A stretch of 24,000 nt of DNA, from assembly GCA_016788825.1 (NCBI GenBank), contig JAEUSD010000011.1:12322-36321 (forward strand). Direction: 5' to 3'. The position numbers were made by a program, and so were the translations under genes. This DNA comes from Candidatus Doudnabacteria bacterium (GTDB taxonomy: Bacteria; Patescibacteriota; Dojkabacteria; J137; JAEUSD01). The first letter of the stretch is position 1. Every line of letters begins with the position of its first letter. Positions 1 through 7,973 of the stretch are shown piece by piece. Below the pieces are notes generated by a model that worked only from the letters and a program-made list of their open reading frames with translations, was not told where the DNA came from and ran no database searches.

Positions 1-1170
1 GAGTAGATTTTGAAGGTTTTGGGTGATAGCAGAATTATCTTTGGCCTCTGCCTTGACTTTGGTTAGCTCGGCTTCTAGCTCGCCCACCTTTTTCTTCATT
101 TCTTCAGCTTCTTTCTTTGCTTTCACCAAATCTTGGTGTTCTTGAGAATCGATCATCTTTTGAACCAGATCTTGCTCAGAAGTCCCTTGGTTCAGGAAAT
201 AGTTCATATCTGACTGGCTGGGCTCACGTCCAAGGATTTTGACGTAGTTCTTTTTGATCATCTCGCGGCGTTGCTCGCGATCCATCATAAAATTATTGCC
301 GCCTGGCTTTGGGGCGCCGAAGGCGCCCGGAGTGCTCATAGGTGGCGAGAATCCTCCAGCGCCTATCCCCGGTGTAGAGAATCCAGCTGTGGAACCAGGG
401 GCTGGTACTGCTGGTGGGGTAGGTAAGCTTGGTTTTGTCGCTGGCGCTGGTATTGGTGGCATACCCGGCATGGATAAGCCATCTGCGAAAATATCATCAT
501 CGAGGTCGTCCATGCCGAACCCATCTAGCCCTGTTCCAGGTGCCGGAGCGGGCCTTGGCACTGGTTTTAGGTCGTCATACTTCGGTTTTTGATCTTCTGG
601 CAAGTCTTTGCCTTGCAAATCCTTCCCAAAGTATTTCAAGATTCCTTTTGCCACAGCTTTGGCCAACTCTTCCAACTTCGCATCTTCCTTCAAAATAGCG
701 ATATCTTCGGGATTATCTATGTACAATAGTTCCAATAATAATGCTGCTGGCTTGCTGCGATTCAAAAACGTCAAAGAGCGTAATTCGTGTTCATGTTCTG
801 CGTGGATGCCTTGGTTTTGGTAACCAGTTTCGCCGCATACGGTATCTACGACGACTTTAGCTAGTTTTTGTGAGTTGTTACCGCCTTCGCCTTCAAACCA
901 GGCTTCTATACCTCTTTTACCCCCGTCATTCACATGGATTTCCACGAGTACATCGTTAGCTTCTTTTGTATACCCAGTGTTATTGATCCATTCCACACGC
1001 TGGAGCAGGGGAAGATCCAAAGGAACGCCTTGAACTTCGACACCGGCTGCTTGTAGGTGGGGGATGACTTTGGGTGCAATCTTGCGGGTTAGGTCTGCTT
1101 CCCTCAGGTCACCAAATATTTGACCTGGATCCATGACTGTATGTCCTGCGGAGATTAGTGCTCGTGGCAT
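1..1170 (-). CDS. N-acetylmuramoyl-L-alanine amidase (Amidase_3-like), then Pro/Gly-rich linker, DUF4214-like segment and coiled coil; partial, C-terminus off the left edge
   Basis: Open reverse frame from ATG at 1170 to position 1 with no stop. Hand translation starts MPRALISAGHTVMDPGQIFGDLREADLTRKIAPKV..., then VLVEIHVNDGGKRGIEAWFEG and AALLLELLYIDNPEDIAIL, matching the Amidase_3 H/E/H zinc-ligand pattern and the 'vlvElgFisNpeD' motif. C-terminal part is NYVKILGREPSQSDMNYFLNQ...KKEAEEMKKKVGELEAELTKVKAEAK. Missing from the ORF track. Confidence 0.9.
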   Translation of the reverse strand, partial: MPRALISAGHTVMDPGQIFGDLREADLTRKIAPKVIPHLQAAGVEVQGVPLDLPLLQRVEWINNTGYTKEANDVLVEIHVNDGGKRGIEAWFEGEGGNNSQKLAKVVVDTVCGETGYQNQGIHAEHEHELRSLTFLNRSKPAALLLELLYIDNPEDIAILKEDAKLEELAKAVAKGILKYFGKDLQGKDLPEDQKPKYDDLKPVPRPAPAPGTGLDGFGMDDLDDDIFADGLSMPGMPPIPAPATKPSLPTPPAVPAPGSTAGFSTPGIGAGGFSPPMSTPGAFGAPKPGGNNFMMDREQRREMIKKNYVKILGREPSQSDMNYFLNQGTSEQDLVQKMIDSQEHQDLVKAKKEAEEMKKKVGELEAELTKVKAEAKDNSAITQNLQNLL

Positions 1171-1207
1171 GCCAGGATTATATCATTTGGAATATATCTA
1201 GTGGGGT

Positions 1208-1630
1208 TTAGCCGTTTAACTTTCCCATAAACTGCCAGCAATTGCCGTCGGGGTCGAGCCAGGTGCAGACATAGATCTGTTTCTCGTCTGTGGCGAAGGG
1301 GGTGAGGGCAGGGGGTTGCAAGATCTCGCAGCCTGCAGATTTGACTTTCTCATACCATTTTTGAACCTCATCTGTCTTAAGATTATGCATGATGCGGACA
1401 GGCTCTTTGCTTTTGCCTACGACCTCAGAGTGTTTACCGATCCAGCAAACTGGGAGCTCTCCGCTATTCATTTGGTAACCGTAGTCGGCACCGACTTCGT
1501 TTTTGGCTGGGAGGTCGACTTTCTCGGCGACTTGAAGCTCGAGCACGTCACGGTAGAATTCCATGAGCTTATCTGGATTTTCGGACCAAATGAGGATGTG
1601 TGTACCTTTGAACATGGGATATTTTAGCAA
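1208..1630 (-). CDS. VOC (glyoxalase/bleomycin resistance-like) family protein
   Basis: 140 aa; FKGTHILIWSENPDKLMEFYRDVLELQVAEK at the N-terminus and YVCTWLDPDGNCWQFMG at the C-terminus, typical of single-domain VOC proteins. Confidence 0.8.
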   Translation of the reverse strand: MLKYPMFKGTHILIWSENPDKLMEFYRDVLELQVAEKVDLPAKNEVGADYGYQMNSGELPVCWIGKHSEVVGKSKEPVRIMHNLKTDEVQKWYEKVKSAGCEILQPPALTPFATDEKQIYVCTWLDPDGNCWQFMGKLNG

Positions 1631-1646
1631 AAATGTAGAAACCAGA

Positions 1647-1652
1647 TATAAT
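1647..1652 (+). promoter_or_regulatory. -10 box (TATAAT) 5 nt upstream of the ATG at 1658
   Basis: Sequence ACCAGATATAATGCAGCATG; spacing implies a start site at or next to the start codon. Confidence 0.6.
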
Positions 1653-1657
1653 GCAGC

Positions 1658-3472
1658 ATGGATAGATTAGAAGAAGGGCTTGCTAAGGTTCAATCTCTGG
1701 AACTGGCAAGAGCCTGGAAAAAGTATAGAGTAACTCCCCGTCTTATCGTTATGTCAGCAGCGTTAATGACTTTTGTACTTGCCCAGAATATAACAGAACC
1801 GATGAGGCATCCTCGGCAACGCGGAAGAGGTGTTAAAGTGGAAATACCTGAAAAACCCTTACTAAAAGATCTTACTGCACATAGTGATTACACTGCTGAG
1901 CCATTCTCGTTAGACCCTACTGGTCGAGTTATTGTAAATCCGGCCTATCCGGGCCAATTGGCAAGATATTACTCATTGATAACCAGTGTAAACCTTGCTG
2001 CGCTTGACGAGCAAAGTATAGAGGAAGTTCTAAGGTTATTCCTTAGCGTAATAAATGGAGATCAAGAACTTCCTCCTGCGGATGAGTTTTTTACACCTGA
2101 AGCTGAGATGCAGATAACTGTGCCCAACGTGATTAGGTCGATGAGACCCTTTTTGGCAGAATTGCCAAGTGAACAGTTTTTTAAATTGTACCAAGCGATT
2201 AACACATGGTTAGGAGGTAATCCTCCCACTTACGATATCAATCGCGAATCGAATCTGGCTTTAGTAGAGTTTCTGTTCCGAAAACTAGCCTATGGTATGA
2301 ATAATATTGACCCGCAAGCAGATACTTCATACACACTGATTCCTGAGTTGCCTTTGACTGGAGATAAGGTAAACGAATTTAAGGCGGGATTGATTGCTTA
2401 TCGTGACTCGCAGCCTGCTGAAAAAGTAGAAATTTATCGAATCTGGCTGCTGAAAGTCATGCTGGAAAGTGATTTGGGGGCTTACGAGCTTGGACAGATC
2501 TTAAGTACAATGAATTCGGTTTTTGGTTCTATTAATCTTGATGCATATCCCTTCGATTTGAATACGGGAACTATCTCGGTGCCTTCTCCGTTACCCGAAA
2601 GGTTAAACACAGATAAGATCCTAACAGAACTTGCAAACCAGATAGGTTTGAGTACTAGTGCGATAGACCAGGAGATCGGGCTAGGGCTTTTGTTTGGCTC
2701 ACTAGGTCAGATTGATGAATTAGGACTGGCTGAGCCATTTCCAGGTGCTGATGGACAGTTCTTTGCTAAATATCCACTGATGGGGGTACGTGATACAGAT
2801 CCTAGTAGTGAGGTAATTAGGAATTATGTTGGGGTTGTTGTTCATGAGTTTGCTCACACACGCTACAGCGCACTTAGGTTCAAGACCTGGTCTGAGGTAG
2901 CAGGCGTACAAATGACCTATGAACAAGCATTTTGGTATTACATTTTCAGGGTGTATGCTGGGTATGAGGAAGTAGATGCTGGTTTCTACGAACTTGTGAA
3001 GACTACAATTGATTCTAGGGGCAAGACTGACAAGTATGGTAGCTATATGGGGGTAATAGGGAGGTATTTCCATGATGTAGGGTTAGATATCGAATCTGTT
3101 CCCATAGAAGATCCAAAATTATTTGCAGATTTCTGGACTACCAGCGGGCTTTCGGCTGGTGTTGTGACAACACAAATTGAAGGAGCGGATATTGGTCCTT
3201 TTGATGAAGGTCATTCGCGCATAATGCAGGGAAGTTACCTCTTTATCCGTGAGCTGCCAGCGGATTTCGCAAAGTTTGCTGCACAGGTCTATGATTCTGA
3301 GAACAGGCTAATGCTTAGTGACTTAGACGAGTTTATAATTGGATTTGCGGATTTTATAACTATGCTCATGATTATGATGAGTGTGGTTAGTCCTGAAATA
3401 CTTGATCTTACCTTAGCTTTGGGAAAAAAGCGATCTACACGGCGAGTTCCGACAGAAGTTTATAAAAGCTAA
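1658..3472 (+). CDS. Membrane-anchored protein of unknown function with an HExxH (HEFAH) motif; possible zinc metallopeptidase
   Basis: 604 aa ORF; N-terminal hydrophobic segment LIVMSAALMTFVLA; NYVGVVVHEFAHTRYSALRF followed by YAGYEEVDAG; hydrophobic C-terminal FITMLMIMMSVVSPEILDLTLAL. Confidence 0.75.
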   Translation: MDRLEEGLAKVQSLELARAWKKYRVTPRLIVMSAALMTFVLAQNITEPMRHPRQRGRGVKVEIPEKPLLKDLTAHSDYTAEPFSLDPTGRVIVNPAYPGQLARYYSLITSVNLAALDEQSIEEVLRLFLSVINGDQELPPADEFFTPEAEMQITVPNVIRSMRPFLAELPSEQFFKLYQAINTWLGGNPPTYDINRESNLALVEFLFRKLAYGMNNIDPQADTSYTLIPELPLTGDKVNEFKAGLIAYRDSQPAEKVEIYRIWLLKVMLESDLGAYELGQILSTMNSVFGSINLDAYPFDLNTGTISVPSPLPERLNTDKILTELANQIGLSTSAIDQEIGLGLLFGSLGQIDELGLAEPFPGADGQFFAKYPLMGVRDTDPSSEVIRNYVGVVVHEFAHTRYSALRFKTWSEVAGVQMTYEQAFWYYIFRVYAGYEEVDAGFYELVKTTIDSRGKTDKYGSYMGVIGRYFHDVGLDIESVPIEDPKLFADFWTTSGLSAGVVTTQIEGADIGPFDEGHSRIMQGSYLFIRELPADFAKFAAQVYDSENRLMLSDLDEFIIGFADFITMLMIMMSVVSPEILDLTLALGKKRSTRRVPTEVYKS

Positions 3473-4170
3473 TATTTTTCGACTATAAATTTCTTCTCGC
3501 TGAAGCGGATGTGTTTGTCGTTGATGCTTTCAATTATCCGTACAACATCAGGGAAGAGGTCTGGCAATTCGGCGATTTCTTCTTTTGTTAGCCAAACATT
3601 TTGTCCTCCTTCGAAACTTTCAATCAAATCTCCCTTGCAGTTTTCTGCCCGGAAACGTAGAAATACCTTGTCTTCTAGCAAATTACCATCCGTAGCATAG
3701 TCCATTTTGTGCCAGATTTCGGTCAGAGTGAGATCGCCCGATAAGCCAGCTTCTTCTAGGAATTCTCTGTTCGCACATTCTTCAATGGTTTCTCCCCAGC
3801 GAACTTTTCCGGTTACAAAACCGTAGAATCCGAAGTAAGGATTTTTCAATCTTTTTTGAACCAAGTACTGAGTTTTACCTTTCTCCTTGCGAACACCGAC
3901 GACAACGATGCTGACTTTAGGCTGTCTCTCAAGCTTTTGTTCTTCTGTATCGAAACGGTTGGCGAACTCTTTGCCTTCATTTGTGAGGCTGTACTCCCCA
4001 GATTTCTGCTTAACCACTAACCCTGCCTTCACAAGACTTTGGAGGTGGAAGTTGAAGTGGTCAGTCTCCAATTTCTGATCGTTGAGATCGGCGAAGCGGA
4101 TGTCTGGTTTGAATAGTAGTTTAGTTAAAATCTGGGCTTGGATAGAATGAACTTTGATTTCTGTATGCAT
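3469..4170 (-). CDS. Nudix hydrolase with N-terminal winged-helix-like domain
   Basis: Nudix box GKVRWGETIEECANREFLEEAGL fits Gx5Ex7REUxEExGU. The N-terminal ~80 aa (AQILTKLLFKPDIRFADLNDQKLETDHFNFHLQSLVKAGLVVKQKSGEYSLTNEGKEF) looks like a wHTH. Confidence 0.88.
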   Translation of the reverse strand: MHTEIKVHSIQAQILTKLLFKPDIRFADLNDQKLETDHFNFHLQSLVKAGLVVKQKSGEYSLTNEGKEFANRFDTEEQKLERQPKVSIVVVGVRKEKGKTQYLVQKRLKNPYFGFYGFVTGKVRWGETIEECANREFLEEAGLSGDLTLTEIWHKMDYATDGNLLEDKVFLRFRAENCKGDLIESFEGGQNVWLTKEEIAELPDLFPDVVRIIESINDKHIRFSEKKFIVEKY

Positions 4171-4257
4171 AGTTGAGATTTAAGTGACTGAATTCTAGCG
4201 CACGAGAGCGAGGTTTCAAGTGAAGAGGGTTTCGGCAAAAGTGATTAATATATTCGT

Positions 4258-4263
4258 GATAAT
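4258..4263 (+). promoter_or_regulatory. -10-like box (GATAAT) 7 nt upstream of ATG 4271
   Basis: TTCGTGATAATATCCAGCATGG; spacing consistent with a leaderless or near-leaderless start at 4271. Confidence 0.4.
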
Positions 4264-4270
4264 ATCCAGC

Positions 4271-4699
4271 ATGGATAATCTTCTACAAAGAAATGGAATA
4301 CTCTGGGGTCAAATTGAAACTGAAGGATATAGAATTGAGCAATTTTTAGTGGGCAATGTCTATACGACTCAGCCCTCAGTTTACAGAGATGAACTTGAAG
4401 CTATACTTGAACTTTATAGGGGACGAAAAGTTAGGGTAGCGCCTCCCACGGCATTTATTCTTGAAGGGCAAGATAAAGTGGTCATATTTGATGGAAATAA
4501 AAGAGCACTAGCAATGTTAAAGTTAGTTCAAGAAGAGGGGTATGTTAGTACTGACAAAGGACTTTACCCTTCACATGAGGCCTTTCAAATGGACTGTGGC
4601 ATTTATTTAAACCATATTCCATTAGCAATCTTAAAACCTCACGGACTTCCTGGGTATAGCCTTCACCACATCACTAAAACAGAAATTATTGAGAGGTAG
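4271..4699 (+). CDS. Small protein of unknown function with a ParB/sulfiredoxin-like 'IFDGNKRALAMLKL' motif
   Basis: ORF track gives 4220..4699 from GTG; ATG 4271 (MDNLLQRNG...) is the better start given the -10 box at 4258. Motif VVIFDGNKRALAMLKLVQEEGY. Confidence 0.65.
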   Translation: MDNLLQRNGILWGQIETEGYRIEQFLVGNVYTTQPSVYRDELEAILELYRGRKVRVAPPTAFILEGQDKVVIFDGNKRALAMLKLVQEEGYVSTDKGLYPSHEAFQMDCGIYLNHIPLAILKPHGLPGYSLHHITKTEIIER

Positions 4700-4708
4700 T
4701 GACTATTC

Positions 4709-5560
4709 TTATCTCAAAAGCCCATAAATATTATCCAGCTCCTCATCGCTTGTGAACGGGATTACGATCTTGCCGCCTTTTTGAGAGCGACTGAGGGTGA
4801 CGGATTTGCCGAACTTGGCGCGGAGGGAGTTTTCGATCTCACTAGTTTTTTCGTCTAGGATGCGAAGGTCGCGCCTTACTTGGCGTTTGTGGCCTTTGTT
4901 GAGACGTCGGACTAGCTCTTCGACAGCGCGAACAGATAGGTTATCTCTGAGGATGATTTTATACGTGGCGATCATTGTTTCGGTCGAGTCTAGCCCAAGT
5001 AAGGCGCGGGCATGACCTTCGGTAATCTTTTCTTCCAGTAACCCGCGCTTGATCTCCTCTGGCAACGTCAAAAGGCGGATTTTATTTGCTACCGCCGGGC
5101 GGCTGAGGCCTAGTTTCTTGGCAATAGTGTCGTGAGTTTGTTGAAATATATTCGCTAATTGATCAAACGCAAGGGCTTCTTCAAGTGGATTCAAGTCGGC
5201 GCGCTGGACATTTTCAACAATTGCCAGTTCAAGCATCTCCTGAGCAGAGGCTTCCTTGACTACAACTGGCACAGTTTCAAGTCCGGCAAGTTTGGAGGCA
5301 CGCCAGCGGCGCTCTCCGGCGATCAATTCGTACTTGTTATCTCCCTTTTTGGTAACGATCAATGGTTCAATCACGCCGTGCTCACGGATAGAGTCAGCCA
5401 ATTCAACTAGCTGTTCAGGCTTCATCTCTACACGTGGTTGATAAGGGTTGGCCACAATGTGGTCTATTGGAAGAGTAGGGATGTATCCGGATTGGACACC
5501 GGCTACGGTTTCCTCGCTTATTAATGCTGATAGTCCTTTGCCTAATCCTTTCTTAGTCAT
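4709..5560 (-). CDS. parB: ParB family chromosome partitioning protein
   Basis: 283 aa; KKGLGKGLSALI, LPIDHIVANPYQPR, ELVELADSIREHGVIEPLIV, YELIAGERRWRASKLAGL, ENVQRADLNPLEEALAF, HTH KKLGLSRPAVANKIRLLTLPEEIK. Confidence 0.97.
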   Translation of the reverse strand: MTKKGLGKGLSALISEETVAGVQSGYIPTLPIDHIVANPYQPRVEMKPEQLVELADSIREHGVIEPLIVTKKGDNKYELIAGERRWRASKLAGLETVPVVVKEASAQEMLELAIVENVQRADLNPLEEALAFDQLANIFQQTHDTIAKKLGLSRPAVANKIRLLTLPEEIKRGLLEEKITEGHARALLGLDSTETMIATYKIILRDNLSVRAVEELVRRLNKGHKRQVRRDLRILDEKTSEIENSLRAKFGKSVTLSRSQKGGKIVIPFTSDEELDNIYGLLR

Positions 5561-5630
5561 AGTTTCACGGATTTAAGATAGGTAATGATCCCAGATTTTG
5601 GGTGGGAATTCAAGGGTAGAGCTTTTGCTG

Positions 5631-6425
5631 TTAATCCGAGTTATGTAAATACAGCCCGGGATTCTTAATGAGGTCAATAACTAGACTGTATAGGTCGGAG
5701 AGAACGGGAAAAGGAAGATCTTTTAGTACGGGTAACAGAGTTACTAGGATTAACTGATATCTTTCTAGGTTGCCTGTGGGATTCATTTTGATTTGTTCAA
5801 TTACTTTATCTACAACTGTGTAGAAAGCATTGAACCTCCTTGGAATTTGTCTGTAGAAGTTAGTAATACTATCTTTGTTTGTGTTTAAGTATACCGATAG
5901 TTTCATCAAACTTGTGTGGAATTCCGTTTGATCCATTATTAAAAGATCGTAGGTTTTTCTAAGCAGCAAACTATCTAAGTTGGGTACTTCCCTCAGGTAA
6001 TCAGGGTTGCCGTTCCTTAGCTTTTCTATTTTTTTGTCTACCTCTAGGATCAAAGGGTCCTGATACTCCTCTCTGTCGATTACCTCTAAAGCATCATTGT
6101 ATATTCTAAGGCCGAAGATTATGGACATATCTGTGACAAGGCTCACTAGATTATTAGTCCTGGTCTGTCCTTCGGCATCCAAGTAAGTTACCCTAATTTT
6201 TTTGGGTAACAGCAGTGGTGCGAGGTCAAGTACATTGGAGGCGTATCCGGCGTCATACATTCTCAGGAAAAGCCCAAAGAATCTTAAAGCCTTCTCATCT
6301 TCTAGGGCATTCAGTACTCCCTCTACCTCTGATTGCAAGCTCTCGCTTAATTCTTGTTGAAGGTCTAACTGGCTCAGGAATTCGCCCAGGTTTGGTTTAT
6401 TGAAACCTTCAGGTCCGGAACTCAT
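5631..6425 (-). CDS. Conserved-looking protein of unknown function between parA and parB
   Basis: 264 aa ORF in the same strand and cluster as parA/parB; no family recognised; helix-rich soluble composition. Confidence 0.75.
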   Translation of the reverse strand: MSSGPEGFNKPNLGEFLSQLDLQQELSESLQSEVEGVLNALEDEKALRFFGLFLRMYDAGYASNVLDLAPLLLPKKIRVTYLDAEGQTRTNNLVSLVTDMSIIFGLRIYNDALEVIDREEYQDPLILEVDKKIEKLRNGNPDYLREVPNLDSLLLRKTYDLLIMDQTEFHTSLMKLSVYLNTNKDSITNFYRQIPRRFNAFYTVVDKVIEQIKMNPTGNLERYQLILVTLLPVLKDLPFPVLSDLYSLVIDLIKNPGLYLHNSD

Positions 6426-6456
6426 AAACTTATCCTAGCAGACAGTAGTGTATGTA

Positions 6457-7254
6457 TCAAGCTGTAATGAATCTCTTAATGACTTCGGTTGCGAGGGCGG
6501 AGTAGGCCTTGGCGCCGGCGGATTGGGCGTCATAATCATGGATGGAGAGTCCATGCGACGGCGCCTCGGATAACCGGATGTTCCTTGGGATCACCGCTTC
6601 AAACACTGTATCTTTGAAAAATGCGCGCACTTCGTTTGCCACGTCGCGGCTGAGGTTTGTACGGTTATCGAACATGGTGAGGATCACGCCACCGATTTCA
6701 AGCTCTGGGTTCAGTTTAGATTTGACGAGTTTAATCGTGTTCATCAATTGGCCGAGTCCTTCTAGTGCAAAATATTCGCATTGAATTGGGATCAGCATCT
6801 TGTCCGCGGCTGTAAGCGCGTTGATAGTCAAAATTCCCAATGAAGGAGGGCAGTCGATGATGATAAGCTCGTAATCCTTTTTCACTTTCGCTAAAGCAGA
6901 CTTGAGAATGTTCTCGCGAGACATCATATTTACCATTTCCACCTCAGCCCCAGACAATTCGATTCCTGCGGGTAGTACTTCCAAGTTCTCTGTCTGCGAT
7001 TTAACGATGATTTCGGCGGGCTCAGCAGAGTTTACAAGGAGGTCATAGATGGTCTTTTGGGTACTGTCCTTGCCAGTGATATCCGTTGGACCATCTTTGT
7101 GCACATTGATGCTGAGCCCGGAAGTGAGATTTGCTTGAGGATCGAGGTCAACCAAGAGTACTTTATGCCCGGCGTTGGCTAGGTAAACGCCCAAATTTAT
7201 CACAGTGGTCGTCTTGCCAACGCCACCTTTTTGGTTCATCACACTGAGTATCAT
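6457..7254 (-). CDS. parA: ParA/Soj family chromosome partitioning ATPase
   Basis: 265 aa; deviant Walker A MNQKGGVGKTTTVINLGVYLA, LLVDLDPQANLTSGL, LIIIDCPPSLGILTINAL. Confidence 0.97.
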   Translation of the reverse strand: MILSVMNQKGGVGKTTTVINLGVYLANAGHKVLLVDLDPQANLTSGLSINVHKDGPTDITGKDSTQKTIYDLLVNSAEPAEIIVKSQTENLEVLPAGIELSGAEVEMVNMMSRENILKSALAKVKKDYELIIIDCPPSLGILTINALTAADKMLIPIQCEYFALEGLGQLMNTIKLVKSKLNPELEIGGVILTMFDNRTNLSRDVANEVRAFFKDTVFEAVIPRNIRLSEAPSHGLSIHDYDAQSAGAKAYSALATEVIKRFITA

Positions 7255-7910
7255 TTTTGTACACTAACAGGGCAGAGTGTTTTGGGGGCAGTGTTGTTTG
7301 AGCTTATTAAACCGAAAGTGCTGAGCGGCCAATACGTCAAAATTACTTTGCCTTGTAGCCATTCACGTTTAATTTGTCCAATCTCGTTGAACCTAGAATC
7401 TAAACTGTTGTTACGGTTATCCCCCATCAAAAAGTAGAACCCTGGATCAATAGTTACTTCTTCACCTTCTGCCAAGTAACTTCCACCATTTGTACGTCTC
7501 TCTGGAGGGAGATAGCTTTCCAGCAACCGTTCTCCATTTACGTAAACCCTCCCATCACGAATGCTTACCTTGTCTCCTCCAATGGCGATAACTCTTTTTA
7601 CAAGAGCTTTTTCTCTGTCTGGTTTCTGGAATACCACGATATCTCCTCGCTGGTAATCTAACCCCATGCTTTGGCCGAACGGGGTAGAACCTAGCCATAC
7701 GGATAATTTATTCGTGAGCAAAAGCTGAGCGTCTTCGAAGTTGGGGCACATCGAGTAGCCATCAACTTGATTTGGTGTGAGGATAAACAGATACAGAACT
7801 ATGCAGATGAATAGTGCCACTACAATTGATTGCAGCATATCTACAACTATCCCCCCGCTTCTTTTCGGCTTTGCCGGTTGTTCAAAAAAAGGATTATCAA
7901 TATTGTCCAT
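7251..7910 (-). CDS. lepB: Signal peptidase I
   Basis: 219 aa; N-terminal TM, VDGYSMCPNF (catalytic Ser), RGDIVVFQKP, LVKRVIAIGGDKVSI, YFLMGDNRNNSLDSR. Confidence 0.96.
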   Translation of the reverse strand: MDNIDNPFFEQPAKPKRSGGIVVDMLQSIVVALFICIVLYLFILTPNQVDGYSMCPNFEDAQLLLTNKLSVWLGSTPFGQSMGLDYQRGDIVVFQKPDREKALVKRVIAIGGDKVSIRDGRVYVNGERLLESYLPPERRTNGGSYLAEGEEVTIDPGFYFLMGDNRNNSLDSRFNEIGQIKREWLQGKVILTYWPLSTFGLISSNNTAPKTLCPVSVQK

Positions 7911-7973
7911 TGCTTGATCATTCTACCAGTAGCACTGCTTACCAGCAAATTGGGTAAGTAGGATAAAAGTAGA

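Noticed and set aside
254-823. Plus-strand ORFs 254..592, 429..698, 608..823
   Set aside because: Antisense shadows of the minus-strand amidase ORF; Pro/Gly/Ala-rich artefacts of the reverse complement of its linker.
5550-5570. AGTTTCACGGAT near the parB start as a possible parS
   Set aside because: Only a TTTCACG half-site; the TGTTTCACGTGAAACA palindrome is not present, and no full parS was noticed in the window.
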